64,000 bases of DNA from Candidatus Bathyarchaeia archaeon (GTDB taxonomy: Archaea; Thermoproteota; CALKCG01; B24). The stretch's first letter is position 1; each line of letters opens with the position of its first letter. This document shows, one piece after another, positions 40,026-50,387 of the stretch. The stretch is taken from NCBI GenBank assembly GCA_038870975.1, contig JAVZJD010000001.1, forward strand, positions 224,001 to 288,000, in the 5' to 3' direction. The position numbers were made by a program, and so were the translations under genes. The notes beneath the pieces are model-generated. The model searched no databases, was not told where the DNA came from, and saw nothing but the letters and a program-made list of their open reading frames with translations.

Positions 40026-40418
40026 TCAGCTTTTAACCCTTATAAGTTTTGGTCTACCCATAATTATCCAATATTCCACTTCAACAGAGGGTTTTAGTTT
40101 ATCTTGTAGGTCGGTTTCGATATTTGAAACATCGAAGACTTCAAAACTCTCCAAATCCATGATTTGAGCCGTATTTCCACTTACTGATATTATTTGACCA
40201 TTACGCTTATCTATCAAGGGTACATCTATTTTAGCGTCTACAGGTGACACTATGCTTCTTTTAACGCCGTCGAAAACGCCTATAGCCACCAGTCTGACTT
40301 TAGCACTTCCATGCTTACCCGGTTTAGATTTCTCGATGGTTACTACTCTAGATGGTTCACCATCTATAACTACATACATGCCTTCTTTGAGAGAACCAAT
40401 TTCGACAGGTCGGCTCAT
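40026..40418 (-). CDS. eif5a: Translation factor aIF5A
   Basis: SKPGKHGSAK hypusine motif. Confidence 0.96.
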   Translation of the reverse strand: MSRPVEIGSLKEGMYVVIDGEPSRVVTIEKSKPGKHGSAKVRLVAIGVFDGVKRSIVSPVDAKIDVPLIDKRNGQIISVSGNTAQIMDLESFEVFDVSNIETDLQDKLKPSVEVEYWIIMGRPKLIRVKS

Positions 40419-40441
40419 TAATAAACACCATCATAAAAATA

Positions 40442-40948
40442 TCAGTAGTTTCCTCTTAAATCTTCCGACTTAAAAACTTCAGGTCTAAGAGAGAGCCTAC
40501 CGTAAGCGTTCAAAATTCTGGCGACGGCTTCATCAATGGTTATTAAAGAGCCTAAGTATACAATATGGCTGAAACAACCGAATCTGCAGTCGGAAGAACC
40601 GAAACCTTTCAGTTGAGGGTTGTGAAGACCGATTTTCGCGATCTCCTTGACGACTGAACACTCCATATTATTCGTAGTTTTACATATTATTACTCTTTCT
40701 ACTGAGGCATCTTCGCTGGAGAGAAGGAAATCTATATGCCACTTTGCCTTTTTATATCTAGATAAATGTCTTCTAATGCGATTTTCAAGGTTTTGCGCCT
40801 TAGATCCCATGGCAGATCCAACGTAAACGTAGAGGCCTTCATCGAATTTTACATAGCCTAAAGCCCCTATTCTAACGGTAGTAGGCTTCCGAATCCTCAA
40901 GATCAAACTGTAACATCCTTTACTACTCGTTTTTCTCACGTTAGACAT
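40442..40948 (-). CDS. DUF123 GIY-YIG nuclease
   Basis: GCYSL, YVYVGSA, RIRRH, WHIDFL, GFGSSDC. Confidence 0.88.
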   Translation of the reverse strand: MSNVRKTSSKGCYSLILRIRKPTTVRIGALGYVKFDEGLYVYVGSAMGSKAQNLENRIRRHLSRYKKAKWHIDFLLSSEDASVERVIICKTTNNMECSVVKEIAKIGLHNPQLKGFGSSDCRFGCFSHIVYLGSLITIDEAVARILNAYGRLSLRPEVFKSEDLRGNY

Positions 40949-41015
40949 TCACCGCCTCCACCGAGGAGAAGTTTACATTATGGAGATATTAAACATAAGA
41001 AGCTTAAAACGGCTA

Positions 41016-41345
41016 TTATTCTGTTTTTCCATTCATTTTAATCCAATCAAACCGCGGTGTTAAACCCATTAACATTAAACCTTCCAAAGCTTCTTTAAAC
41101 ATCCAGTAAGGATCTTCTTTCTCAAGAATTAAAACCTTACCCTTCTTGAGAGTATTGAAATGTTTTCTATCCCTTGTTATGAGTACCGCTTCCTTCGATT
41201 CTACAAACTGCCGGATATACTCATCCCCTACATCCAGAGGATATAAATCTCTTAAATGATAAACGTTAACATATCCTAGAACTTTAAGATAGGCTTTCAT
41301 ATAATGTGGGATCATAGCGTCGAGGACTATTACTGGCTCCTCCAT
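41016..41345 (-). CDS. PIN-like (DUF5615/Mut7-C) domain protein
   Basis: VLDAMI, LGY, D..I, LITRDRK. Confidence 0.65.
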   Translation of the reverse strand: MEEPVIVLDAMIPHYMKAYLKVLGYVNVYHLRDLYPLDVGDEYIRQFVESKEAVLITRDRKHFNTLKKGKVLILEKEDPYWMFKEALEGLMLMGLTPRFDWIKMNGKTE

Positions 41346-41422
41346 TCTTGGATGTAGAAGATGGGGACCGGGTAAATAAATTTTGTACACTTTTTTATAT
41401 AAAAAAATTCATTGATTTATAC

Positions 41423-43261
41423 TTAACCCGTGCTGATTAGAGGTTGAGTGGAGGTGCCGAATTGCGTTTCATACAGTTTAGCATACAAACCTCCATTACG
41501 TAGAAGCTGTTCATGAGAGCCTTCTTCAACTATTCTACCGTTATCCAACACTATTATCCTATTTGCAAGTTTAACCGTTGCAAGCCTATGTGCGATTATT
41601 ATACAAGTTCTTCCTTTTAGAAGCTTAACCATAGCTTCCTGAAGCAACGACTCAGTCCTTGAATCCAGACTACTAGTGGCTTCATCAAGAATTAGAATTT
41701 TCGGATTTTTAAGCATAGCTCTTGCGAAACTTATAAGTTGTCTCTGACCTACTGAAAGATTTTCCCCGCCAGGAGATACTATTGTATCGTATCCTTTGGG
41801 AAGACTCTCTATTAGTTTTTCAAGACCTAACGATTTAATGATATTCTCAACATGCTCTCTAGATGCCTCCGGAAAACCAGCTCTAATGTTTTCAAAAACG
41901 GTATCGTTGAAGAGAACCGGCTCTTGAGGCACTAGAGCCGTTGCTCTACGTAAAGACCTGAGAGTGAATTCTCTAAGATCGTGGCCGTCGATCAATATGC
42001 GACCTTTCTGAGGATCGTAAAGCCTCAATATGAGGTTTGCGATTGTTGTCTTACCTGCACCAGTAGGACCAACAATTGCAAGGATCTCCCCAGCTTTAAC
42101 TTTAAAGCTTATATTCTCAAATACCATGTTTGAGTTGTAACTGAAGCTGACGTTTTCAACAACTATCTCGCCATTCTTGACTTCTAAATCTTTAGCGTAT
42201 GGTGTATCTTTGACAGCTGGTTCTGTGTTTAAGAAAATGTAGACTCTTTCAGCTGCAGCTAGGGCTGATTGGAGAGTTGTATAGAACATTGTGATCATCA
42301 ATATGGGTCTAAAGAAAGAATCAGTGTAACCGTAGAAGGCTAAAAGTCCACCTATTGTGAACTCATGTGAAGCTATCAGATAACCACCGTAACCCACCAG
42401 TATTGCAAAAGAGAGAGCTCTGACGGAATCTAAAGACGGACGTATAAGTGAGGATATCAGTATCGCTTTAACCCTTGTAGCCATTGTTTCCCGACTTACA
42501 CGTTCAAATGATTGAACATCGATATTTCTACGCTCAGTAAATGCTTGAGCCACTCTTGCGCCAGATACACTCTGCTCAACACTACTAGTGAGTTGACTTA
42601 CCTTAACTCTAGTTTCTCTGAACACTTCACGAGCCTTCTTCGCAAAAAACCTTGTGAGAATGACCATGATGGGTATCGTCGATGTAACGGCCAGTGTAAG
42701 CGCTAAATGCATACTTGCCATCATATATACAGCACCAACTATCGTAGACGCGCTTATTAGAAATTCTATAGCACCCATTGTAACAACCTCACCTATCGCC
42801 GTTATGTCATTCGTTATCAGAGAGATCAATCTACCTGATGGCCTTTGCGTTACATAGTGTACATCGATATCCATTAAATGTTGGAATGCCCTGCGTCTTA
42901 AATCGAATAAAAGTCTCTGGTTTAGGTAGGCCGTTAAATATCTTCTGAGCGCTGTTAAAAGAGCGCCAGCGGAAATAGCGAGGATGGCTAAAATCGTGTA
43001 GAACACTAACGCGTCGGCATTCATAGCTACAACTCCTTTGTCTATGAGTAGCTTGCTAATATAGGGGGTTGCTATGTTTAAGCCAATAGAGGCTACTGAG
43101 AGTACAATGATAGCCAATACTACGAGTTTCATCGGCGCTAGAATTTTAAGAAACCATTTAAGCAGAGTAGACGTCGGGACTTCAACTGGTTTTTCATCCG
43201 TGGCTCTCTCAGCATGGTGCATAATATGCCATCCCATGATCTTACACCCCCTCAGCCCCAA
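41423..43261 (-). CDS. ABC exporter ATP-binding/permease subunit
   Basis: TM domain plus GPTGAGKT, LSVGQRQ, LDEATS, IAHRL. Confidence 0.93.
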   Translation of the reverse strand: MGLRGCKIMGWHIMHHAERATDEKPVEVPTSTLLKWFLKILAPMKLVVLAIIVLSVASIGLNIATPYISKLLIDKGVVAMNADALVFYTILAILAISAGALLTALRRYLTAYLNQRLLFDLRRRAFQHLMDIDVHYVTQRPSGRLISLITNDITAIGEVVTMGAIEFLISASTIVGAVYMMASMHLALTLAVTSTIPIMVILTRFFAKKAREVFRETRVKVSQLTSSVEQSVSGARVAQAFTERRNIDVQSFERVSRETMATRVKAILISSLIRPSLDSVRALSFAILVGYGGYLIASHEFTIGGLLAFYGYTDSFFRPILMITMFYTTLQSALAAAERVYIFLNTEPAVKDTPYAKDLEVKNGEIVVENVSFSYNSNMVFENISFKVKAGEILAIVGPTGAGKTTIANLILRLYDPQKGRILIDGHDLREFTLRSLRRATALVPQEPVLFNDTVFENIRAGFPEASREHVENIIKSLGLEKLIESLPKGYDTIVSPGGENLSVGQRQLISFARAMLKNPKILILDEATSSLDSRTESLLQEAMVKLLKGRTCIIIAHRLATVKLANRIIVLDNGRIVEEGSHEQLLRNGGLYAKLYETQFGTSTQPLISTG

Positions 43262-45008
43262 TTATCTGAGATTTGTAAATTTTAGCATATAACCCGTTCC
43301 TAGCTATTAACTCATCGTGAGTGCCATCTTCAACTACACGTCCATCGTCGAGCACCACAATCCTATCGGCGAGTTTTAAAGTGGATAAACGCTGAGTTAC
43401 TATGAAGACTGTTTTGTCTTTTATGAGCTCTTTTAAGGCCTCGCATATCTCTTTCTCAGTTTCAGAGTCTACGCTTGATGTAGAATCATCGAGTATTAAA
43501 ATTCTTGGGTTTAAAATTAAAGCTCTAGCAATAGCTAATCTCTGCCTTTGACCTCCAGACAACGTCACACCTCGTTCACCTATTATGGTATTGTATTTTT
43601 CAGGCAGACTCATTATGAAGTCATGGATACGGGCAATCTTAGCTGCTCTCTCTATTTCTTCATACGTAGCATTGGGTTTACCGTACGCGATATTTTCCCG
43701 GATGCTTATTGGAAATAGGAAGATATCCTGGTGTACAACACCTATCTGTTTACGTAGGGAGTGAATTTTAACGTCCTTTATATCGTAACCGTCTATCAGA
43801 ATACGGCCTTCCTGTGGGTCGTAGAACCGGGGTATAAGCTTTATCAACGTACTCTTACCTGAACCTGTAACCCCTACTAGAGCAACTTTTTCACCTGGTT
43901 TAACTTCTAAGTTTACACCTTTAAGCACAGGCTTATTTGAATCGTAACCGAATACAACGTTCTCGAAGACTACATGCCCTTTAATATTCGGAAGCTCTAT
44001 TGCATCTGGCTTTTCTTTGACTTCTGGTTCAGCATCTAAAGCTTCAAAAACCCTTCCAGCAGAGACACTCGTCCTCTGATAGTCTGCGAATAGGAATCCG
44101 AAGGACATTATAGGCCAGACGAGATAACCTAAGTACATCGAGAAGGCTACGAGGTCTCCTATTGTAATCTCATTGCTGAAAAACTTTAACCCTCCATACC
44201 AGTATACGATGGCTGATGCCACACCTATAACGAGGTTCAGAAATGGCCACGTTCGAGTTGCTAGTTTTTCAGAGTACATACTAAGGTTGTAGACCTGTTT
44301 ATTTACGGAGTTGAACTTTGTAAAAGCCCAGTTTTCAATCCCAAGTGCCCTTATTATTCGAAAGCCTGAAATGGATTCTGCTACGGCAGTGTTTAGTTTA
44401 CTCTGTTCAATCCACCTACGTTCAAATATCGGCCTTACGAGTTTAGCGAAAATCATGGCTATTATTGCTATGAATGGTACCGTGATAGATATGGCTATTA
44501 AAGCCATTGAAGCATTTATTGAAATAAGTACTGCGGAGACCAATAGAACCATTAGAATAGAGCTTAATAATTGCGTTATGCTAGAACTTATGAAATTGCC
44601 GATCGTATCTATGTCGCTGGTGAGGCGGTTTATTATCTGCCCAACATCAACTCTATCGAAAAAGCTGTAGGATAGATCTTGTAAATGTCTATAGAGTTGC
44701 ATTCTCATATTATGGCTGATCTTCTGAGACATTAAACCAGATAAATAGTCTCTTAAGAAGAATAGAGTGCCATGTAAAACTGTTAAACCTAGTATTGCTA
44801 CCGCATAGAGCCATATGTTTGAGACAGACCCTATGAATACATTGTTCACGACGTCTCTACTGATCCAAGGCAGAAGAAGATCTATTACTGTTCCTACTAC
44901 TACGAGCACTGTTGAAGCTATAAAGAGCAGCTTATGCGCTATAAGGTATTTAAAAAGCCTCGGTAGAATTCTTCGAACTGGCTTACCTGCATAAGTCACG
45001 TACTTCAC
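43242..45008 (-). CDS. ABC exporter ATP-binding/permease subunit (degenerate-site half)
   Basis: GVTGSGKS, LSGGQRQ; LDDSTS and TQR replace the catalytic Glu and His, as in TM287/288-type heterodimers. Confidence 0.93.
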   Translation of the reverse strand: MKYVTYAGKPVRRILPRLFKYLIAHKLLFIASTVLVVVGTVIDLLLPWISRDVVNNVFIGSVSNIWLYAVAILGLTVLHGTLFFLRDYLSGLMSQKISHNMRMQLYRHLQDLSYSFFDRVDVGQIINRLTSDIDTIGNFISSSITQLLSSILMVLLVSAVLISINASMALIAISITVPFIAIIAMIFAKLVRPIFERRWIEQSKLNTAVAESISGFRIIRALGIENWAFTKFNSVNKQVYNLSMYSEKLATRTWPFLNLVIGVASAIVYWYGGLKFFSNEITIGDLVAFSMYLGYLVWPIMSFGFLFADYQRTSVSAGRVFEALDAEPEVKEKPDAIELPNIKGHVVFENVVFGYDSNKPVLKGVNLEVKPGEKVALVGVTGSGKSTLIKLIPRFYDPQEGRILIDGYDIKDVKIHSLRKQIGVVHQDIFLFPISIRENIAYGKPNATYEEIERAAKIARIHDFIMSLPEKYNTIIGERGVTLSGGQRQRLAIARALILNPRILILDDSTSSVDSETEKEICEALKELIKDKTVFIVTQRLSTLKLADRIVVLDDGRVVEDGTHDELIARNGLYAKIYKSQIIGAEGV

Positions 45009-45580
45009 CTCGAAACTATGGAAATAAGTTCATCCATAAGCTTACGGAATTTTTCATTTCTGTAGAGTTCTAAATGGGTTAAAATATCCATCAATAGGAA
45101 GGATGCCGGAGGTTTTAAAACTGAAGGATTTACATCCCTACTGACTAAATTCTCTAAAACTATTCTTTTAAGGGTGTTAAACTCTTCGATTAGTTTAATA
45201 AGCTTAGACATATTTGATATACTATAGCCGAAGTTCTGCATAAGCAATGCAACGTCTTCAGAGAGTTTTTCATCCCAATCTTTAAACAAAGATGCATCTC
45301 TCTCACTCAAACTATAACTCACGATGTAATGCCTAGCTGAAGCCCTATAGAACCGTTCAATGATATTACCTCTCCTGCGCTCATACGTAAGCTCGATCAA
45401 ACCAGCAGCTTTAAGAGTTTTTAAGTGATGATCAATAGAAGAGGCTGGTTTATCTAAGATCTTAGCAAGTTGATTTGTAGACATCTCCTTAATTTTTAAA
45501 AGACTCAATATTTTACACCTAGTTTCGTCAGCTAGAAGTTTTGCCACTTCAGCATCTTTAATTATAAGGAACTCTTTCAA
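45005..45580 (-). CDS. ArsR-like winged-helix regulator
   Basis: LADETRCKIL...HHLKTLKAAGLI...ERFY. Confidence 0.88.
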   Translation of the reverse strand: MKEFLIIKDAEVAKLLADETRCKILSLLKIKEMSTNQLAKILDKPASSIDHHLKTLKAAGLIELTYERRRGNIIERFYRASARHYIVSYSLSERDASLFKDWDEKLSEDVALLMQNFGYSISNMSKLIKLIEEFNTLKRIVLENLVSRDVNPSVLKPPASFLLMDILTHLELYRNEKFRKLMDELISIVSR

Positions 45581-45590
45581 GTTTCCCCTC

Positions 45591-45624
45591 TTCCAATTCT
45601 TTGGAACGCTACAATAAATTGTAA
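45591..45624. promoter_or_regulatory. Tandem 16-bp palindromic operators, TTCCAA-N4-TTGGAA and CTACAA-N4-TTGTAA
   Basis: Two related inverted repeats 2 bp apart, between the TATA element (about 45632-45639, minus) and the regulator start. Confidence 0.65.
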
Positions 45625-45830
45625 TAGAGGAATATAAATTTTGCTCAATACGTCTAATGCAAAAATCACCGTGTTAGAACATAGTTTAGAAAATGCCTAT
45701 GTCGACGTGTAAAACCCTTCTTGGAAATGCATTAGAGTTTAACAATTGGATTAGGTATGGAAAAACGGTATGTAACGTTGGAGAGGACAGTCGAAAGAAG
45801 CTAAACCTCAATGTTTTTACGTCGTAACCA

Positions 45831-46139
45831 ATGATATATCTTATGGATATTATGAGTGTAAGAGATTTGCAGAAACTTATGGGAGATTTATACTTAGAGA
45901 GGGATAGGAAAAGAGGGGTTCTCACAACCTACATATGGTTTATATCTGAAGTGGGAGAGTTAGCTGATGCCCTAATCGAAGGCAATGTGAAGGACTTTGG
46001 TGAAGAGGCAGCTGATGTAGTAGCTTGGCTACTAAGTCTCTGCAATTTGATGAATATAGACTTGGAAAAGGTAGTCTATGAGAAATATGGTAGAGGGTGC
46101 CCAAGGTGTCATACTATGCCATGTCAATGTGGATATTAA
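45831..46139 (+). CDS. MazG-like nucleotide pyrophosphohydrolase
   Basis: SEVGELADA, EEAADVVAW, KY..GCPRC. Confidence 0.88.
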   Translation: MIYLMDIMSVRDLQKLMGDLYLERDRKRGVLTTYIWFISEVGELADALIEGNVKDFGEEAADVVAWLLSLCNLMNIDLEKVVYEKYGRGCPRCHTMPCQCGY

Positions 46140-46193
46140 TGGAAATATCTACAAATTCCCATCTATGTCAATAATTACAGTCGAATGTAACAA

Positions 46194-46751
46194 TCAGTCG
46201 ATTAACGATTCCGTGTTAAAACCTTGAGAAAGCTTGTAATAGACTACTTCACCTCTACGGTCTACAACGGCAAGTATAAGCTCTTTGTTTAGAGAAGCAC
46301 TAGATTTAGCTATTCCAATTAAATCTTCTACTTTTAATGGCCTACCTTCTGAAACCCCTACGACGAGATATTTAGCAGGTTGCTCACCATATGTCCCCCG
46401 CTCATACAGTAAAAAGTCCAATCCTAGTCCATATCCCTTACGAATTACATAGCCTTTATCTCTTAAATCCCTATATACCAGGAATTTGACCCAGACGTCT
46501 GGGTCTATAGAGATCAATTTTTCAGTGGCATCCTTCAGTGTAAGTTCACGTCCACCTTCAAGTAGTCTAAGCTTACCTTCACTCATCAAGTAGAGTGTTT
46601 CTTCACCAGTCAAAACTAGAGAGTTGTCGTCTTTAGTACCATAGCCCTTTTGAATCAGAAAACTTCTATAATCACCGTTCTTAACTAAGACCCTGCCATT
46701 TTCTAAGATGGCTATACCAGTTAGGGGTTTAGACTCTGAATTCATCTTCAA
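46194..46751 (-). CDS. tRNA-splicing endonuclease structural (beta) subunit
   Basis: EETLYL, VYRDLRDKGY, DFLLY, AVVDRRGEVVYY; lacks the catalytic His. Confidence 0.85.
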   Translation of the reverse strand: MKMNSESKPLTGIAILENGRVLVKNGDYRSFLIQKGYGTKDDNSLVLTGEETLYLMSEGKLRLLEGGRELTLKDATEKLISIDPDVWVKFLVYRDLRDKGYVIRKGYGLGLDFLLYERGTYGEQPAKYLVVGVSEGRPLKVEDLIGIAKSSASLNKELILAVVDRRGEVVYYKLSQGFNTESLID

Positions 46752-47028
46752 AGTTCTAATGGTAAATATTTAATTTAAACATTATTGAAAATTTGAAAAT
46801 CTATCAGATGCCGTCTGACGAAAATAAAAGCATAGAGAGGAAATAACTATAGTTTTAATGAAAGATGCTGATTCATATTGGAGCCTAAAATAAGATCGTC
46901 TACATTTCTCTATTCTTAAGAATCAAGGTAGTAAATAGCGTCGGGTGTAAAGGCATACTATATAATGACTTAGAATATATTATGGTGAGAGGTGCGTTAG
47001 AAGGTTTGTTGAAACAGAGTAGCGACCA

Positions 47029-48951
47029 TCACTTAAGTCTCATGCTCTCAAGGTTTTTTGGAGCAGCAGCTGGAAGCTTGAAAACGTGTGATATTGCTGA
47101 AGATAGATTTTGCGTCTTCTGTGCTTCACCGTGACATACAATGACCATTTTAGGTCTTGGAGATAATCTTTTAACGTAGGAGAGAAGCTGTCTTCTATCA
47201 GAATGCCCACTGAAACCTTCGATAGATTTAACGCTCATGTTGACTTTAATAACGTCTACTTTACCATCTCTAGATATTAAAGGAACTTCTCTTAGACCAT
47301 TTTTAATCCTACGGCCTAAAGTACCTTCGATTTGATAACTGACAAACATGAGGGTATTTCTCGCATCTTCAGCCATAAGCTTAAAGTACTCGAGCACGGG
47401 TCCACCCTCCAGCATACCCGATGGGGCTAAAATTATCGAAGGCTCACCTTCAGCTATTTCAATCCTTTGATTCGAATTTGAAACTTGGGTAAAACGTTCA
47501 GATTGAAATACATTCACGTCCTCACGTAAGATGAGGTCTCTAAGCTCTTGAGATAGATATTCTGGATATGCTGTGTGAATCGCCGTAGCTTCATTTAACA
47601 TACCGTCTACATATATTGGAACCTCTTTAAGCAGACCTTTTCTCGCATAAGAGTCTAAAACTATCATTATCTCCTGACCTCTCCCTATGGCAGGAGTAGG
47701 TATCAGAACTTTCCCACCCTTCTCAATGGTTTCGTTTATCGCAGAGATGAAAGATGTCTCTACTTCAGATCTAGGAGGCATAACATCTTCTTCACCACCA
47801 TATGTAGACTCCATTACTAAAGCTTCAATTCTCGGAAAGCTTATTGAAGAGGGGTCTAAGAGCATTGTTTTACCATATTTGAAGTCCCCAGTTATTACAA
47901 TGTTATAGTGTCCCTCACCTACATGTATATGAACTATTGAAGAGCCAAGTATGTGACCAGCATTCCATAGGGTGAGTTTAATATCTGGAGCTATGTCTAC
48001 AACATAGCCGTATCTAAGCGTTACAGTATGTAAAATCATATCTCTAACATCCCTTTGGGTATACGGAGGGATAACGCCTTCCTTCATAGCCACGTCTAAA
48101 TAGTCCAGTTGAGCTAAGACCATAAGACTCAAAGCTGGCTCAGAGCAGTAGACTGGCCCTTTGTAGCCATATTTGTACAACAATGGAATAGCTCCACAGT
48201 GGTCTAGATGACTATGTGTGACAACGACAGCGTCAAGAGTATCGAGGTCTAATCCATCGAAGTCAAGATACGGAAACATTTGATTAGGCTTAGTGGCTCC
48301 TGGGTTTATACCGCAATCCACTAATACAGAACTCTCCTTTGTTTTAATCAATATGGCGGATCTACCGACTTCTCTAAATCCTCCAAGAGGTACTAGCAAA
48401 ACTTCATCGACTGGGAAAACTAAGGGCCTGAATATTCGTTCACCATCTTCTCTTAAAGCCCTCTCCCTATCCTTTGTATCACTATAAAGCACATGTCTTA
48501 TGTTGGCGATAATTTTTGAAGGCATCGAAGGAGCTCTGAGGACTCTAGGTATCCACTTTGTCCTCCTCAAGATTTCCTGTAGAAGTGCACCGTCTTTACC
48601 TATGGCTAAACCAGTCTTCTTAGCCTCTATTATCACCTCACCTAATACCTCGTCAAAAACGAGGTTTTCCACACTTGCCTCTTTAGGGATTATCTGACTT
48701 ATGGTAGCTTTAACTTCCTCCTTCGGCGCTCTGACAGACGGGTCCGATCTAACTACAATCCTCTTCTTCATCGTTTCGACTATGTCGGAAATTATATAGC
48801 TTCTATCTATGAGTAAGACCTCCGGTTTCTTAACGTAGATTGCAAGCTTAGACCCTTCAAAGTTTATCCTAGTTACCGCTACATCTTCCGGTATCTTAGA
48901 TAGCACTATTTCCCTTATCTTAGATAATGGATCTTGCAATTGTTTTTTCAC
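47029..48951 (-). CDS. beta-CASP ribonuclease aCPSF1 (FttA)
   Basis: Two KH domains, EVGRS, HSHLDH, AGHILGS, ESTYG, FSGHSD, HGE. Confidence 0.96.
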   Translation of the reverse strand: MKKQLQDPLSKIREIVLSKIPEDVAVTRINFEGSKLAIYVKKPEVLLIDRSYIISDIVETMKKRIVVRSDPSVRAPKEEVKATISQIIPKEASVENLVFDEVLGEVIIEAKKTGLAIGKDGALLQEILRRTKWIPRVLRAPSMPSKIIANIRHVLYSDTKDRERALREDGERIFRPLVFPVDEVLLVPLGGFREVGRSAILIKTKESSVLVDCGINPGATKPNQMFPYLDFDGLDLDTLDAVVVTHSHLDHCGAIPLLYKYGYKGPVYCSEPALSLMVLAQLDYLDVAMKEGVIPPYTQRDVRDMILHTVTLRYGYVVDIAPDIKLTLWNAGHILGSSIVHIHVGEGHYNIVITGDFKYGKTMLLDPSSISFPRIEALVMESTYGGEEDVMPPRSEVETSFISAINETIEKGGKVLIPTPAIGRGQEIMIVLDSYARKGLLKEVPIYVDGMLNEATAIHTAYPEYLSQELRDLILREDVNVFQSERFTQVSNSNQRIEIAEGEPSIILAPSGMLEGGPVLEYFKLMAEDARNTLMFVSYQIEGTLGRRIKNGLREVPLISRDGKVDVIKVNMSVKSIEGFSGHSDRRQLLSYVKRLSPRPKMVIVCHGEAQKTQNLSSAISHVFKLPAAAPKNLESMRLK

Positions 48952-48992
48952 AATTGAACACCTAAATTCTCAATAAGACCATAAAATTGTGA

Positions 48993-49643
48993 TCAAGCAC
49001 TACTCATAAGCTTGATTTTATCGTCTTCAGATAATTCTTTAAAGCCTTTGGAATCTATTACGATAATGTCGATGCTGTCTCCTGTAGCAATGTCTCTACG
49101 CATAGCCGCTTTAAGAGACTTAACCACCAAGGGAATTGCCTCTTCAACAGTTAAACCATCTCTAATGTTTGTCTCGAGTTCACCCATAGCTATTGGGGAG
49201 CCTGAGCCTGTTGCAAAGTACTTCTCCTCTGTAACTCCTCCAAATGGGTCTAGAGCGTAGATGTGTGGACCATTTTCATCTACTCCTCCTACTATCGCTT
49301 GAACTGAAAGAGGCATAAGTCTATTGGTGTAGAGTATTTGAGAGGCTAGCCTGGATGCAGCACTAACTGGTATAGGTCTGTTATGTTCAAGCTTATACAG
49401 TTTAGCGTAGAACTTAAGCATATCGACGACGTTCTGACCCTCGGCTACAGTCCCCGCTATGGTCATAGCTAAGTGGTCGTCTATCTGGTATATTTTACGG
49501 CCTCTCTTATGGGCTACTGTAAACCCCATGGTAACTCTTGTATCCGAGGCTAAGATAATACCGTCTTTACAAACTAAACCTATTGTTGTTGTTCCAGTTT
49601 TCAATACTTTGAAACCGTCGTACAATCCTAGAACCTCCTGCAT
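48993..49643 (-). CDS. psmB: Proteasome beta subunit
   Basis: Propeptide ending KTG then TTT, ATGSGS, RRD..TG. Confidence 0.96.
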   Translation of the reverse strand: MQEVLGLYDGFKVLKTGTTTIGLVCKDGIILASDTRVTMGFTVAHKRGRKIYQIDDHLAMTIAGTVAEGQNVVDMLKFYAKLYKLEHNRPIPVSAASRLASQILYTNRLMPLSVQAIVGGVDENGPHIYALDPFGGVTEEKYFATGSGSPIAMGELETNIRDGLTVEEAIPLVVKSLKAAMRRDIATGDSIDIIVIDSKGFKELSEDDKIKLMSSA

Positions 49644-49775
49644 TTAGTTGAGGATTGTGAAAATGTATCATGTATGAGAAGCGTTTAGAGATATTTTAAC
49701 CTTACTATTTAGAAATGCTTCAAAAGAGTAGAGTTATATACTCTTATCGAGTAGATTGTATATTGCGGTGGTGTT

Positions 49776-50387
49776 GTGAAGATTAAATATCTTAGCCATG
49801 CATGTTTTGAAATATCAGACCACAAGAGAATACTCATAGACCCATATTTCACAGGGAATACTCTAGCCCCTAAATACGAGGATAGTCCTGATATAATCTT
49901 AGTAACGCATGAGCATTTCGACCACTTTGACAAACCTTTCATAAGTAGGTTTCCCAAAGCTAAAGTGATAGTTCCTCCGGTATGCGAATATCCTGGAGCC
50001 ATTGTTATGCGCGTGGGAGAGAGGAGAGAAATCGATGGTATTCTCGTTGAAATGATCCCAGCCAGCCACTACCAAAGCAAGTATCCGACGGGTTACATTG
50101 TAGAATTTGAGCAGAAAAGAATTGTACATTTAGGAGACTGTTATCTCGACGGTGTAAAGCCTCTGGAACACGTAGATTTATTGTTAATACCGATAGGGGG
50201 GACGTATACGATGAACGTGGATGAAGCTTTAAAAGCTTTAGACATACTGAAGCCTAAACTTGCAATACCCATGCACTATAATACCTTCCCGCAGGTGAGA
50301 GCAAATCCTGAAACATTTAAGAGAGGAGCTGAGAAGAAAGGCTACAACGTTAAAATTCTGAGAATAAGTGAAGAGGCAGTTTTATAA
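49776..50387 (+). CDS. Metallo-beta-lactamase fold hydrolase (UPF0173)
   Basis: THEHFDH, HLGD, PIGGTYTM, PMHYNTF. Confidence 0.9.
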   Translation: MKIKYLSHACFEISDHKRILIDPYFTGNTLAPKYEDSPDIILVTHEHFDHFDKPFISRFPKAKVIVPPVCEYPGAIVMRVGERREIDGILVEMIPASHYQSKYPTGYIVEFEQKRIVHLGDCYLDGVKPLEHVDLLLIPIGGTYTMNVDEALKALDILKPKLAIPMHYNTFPQVRANPETFKRGAEKKGYNVKILRISEEAVL

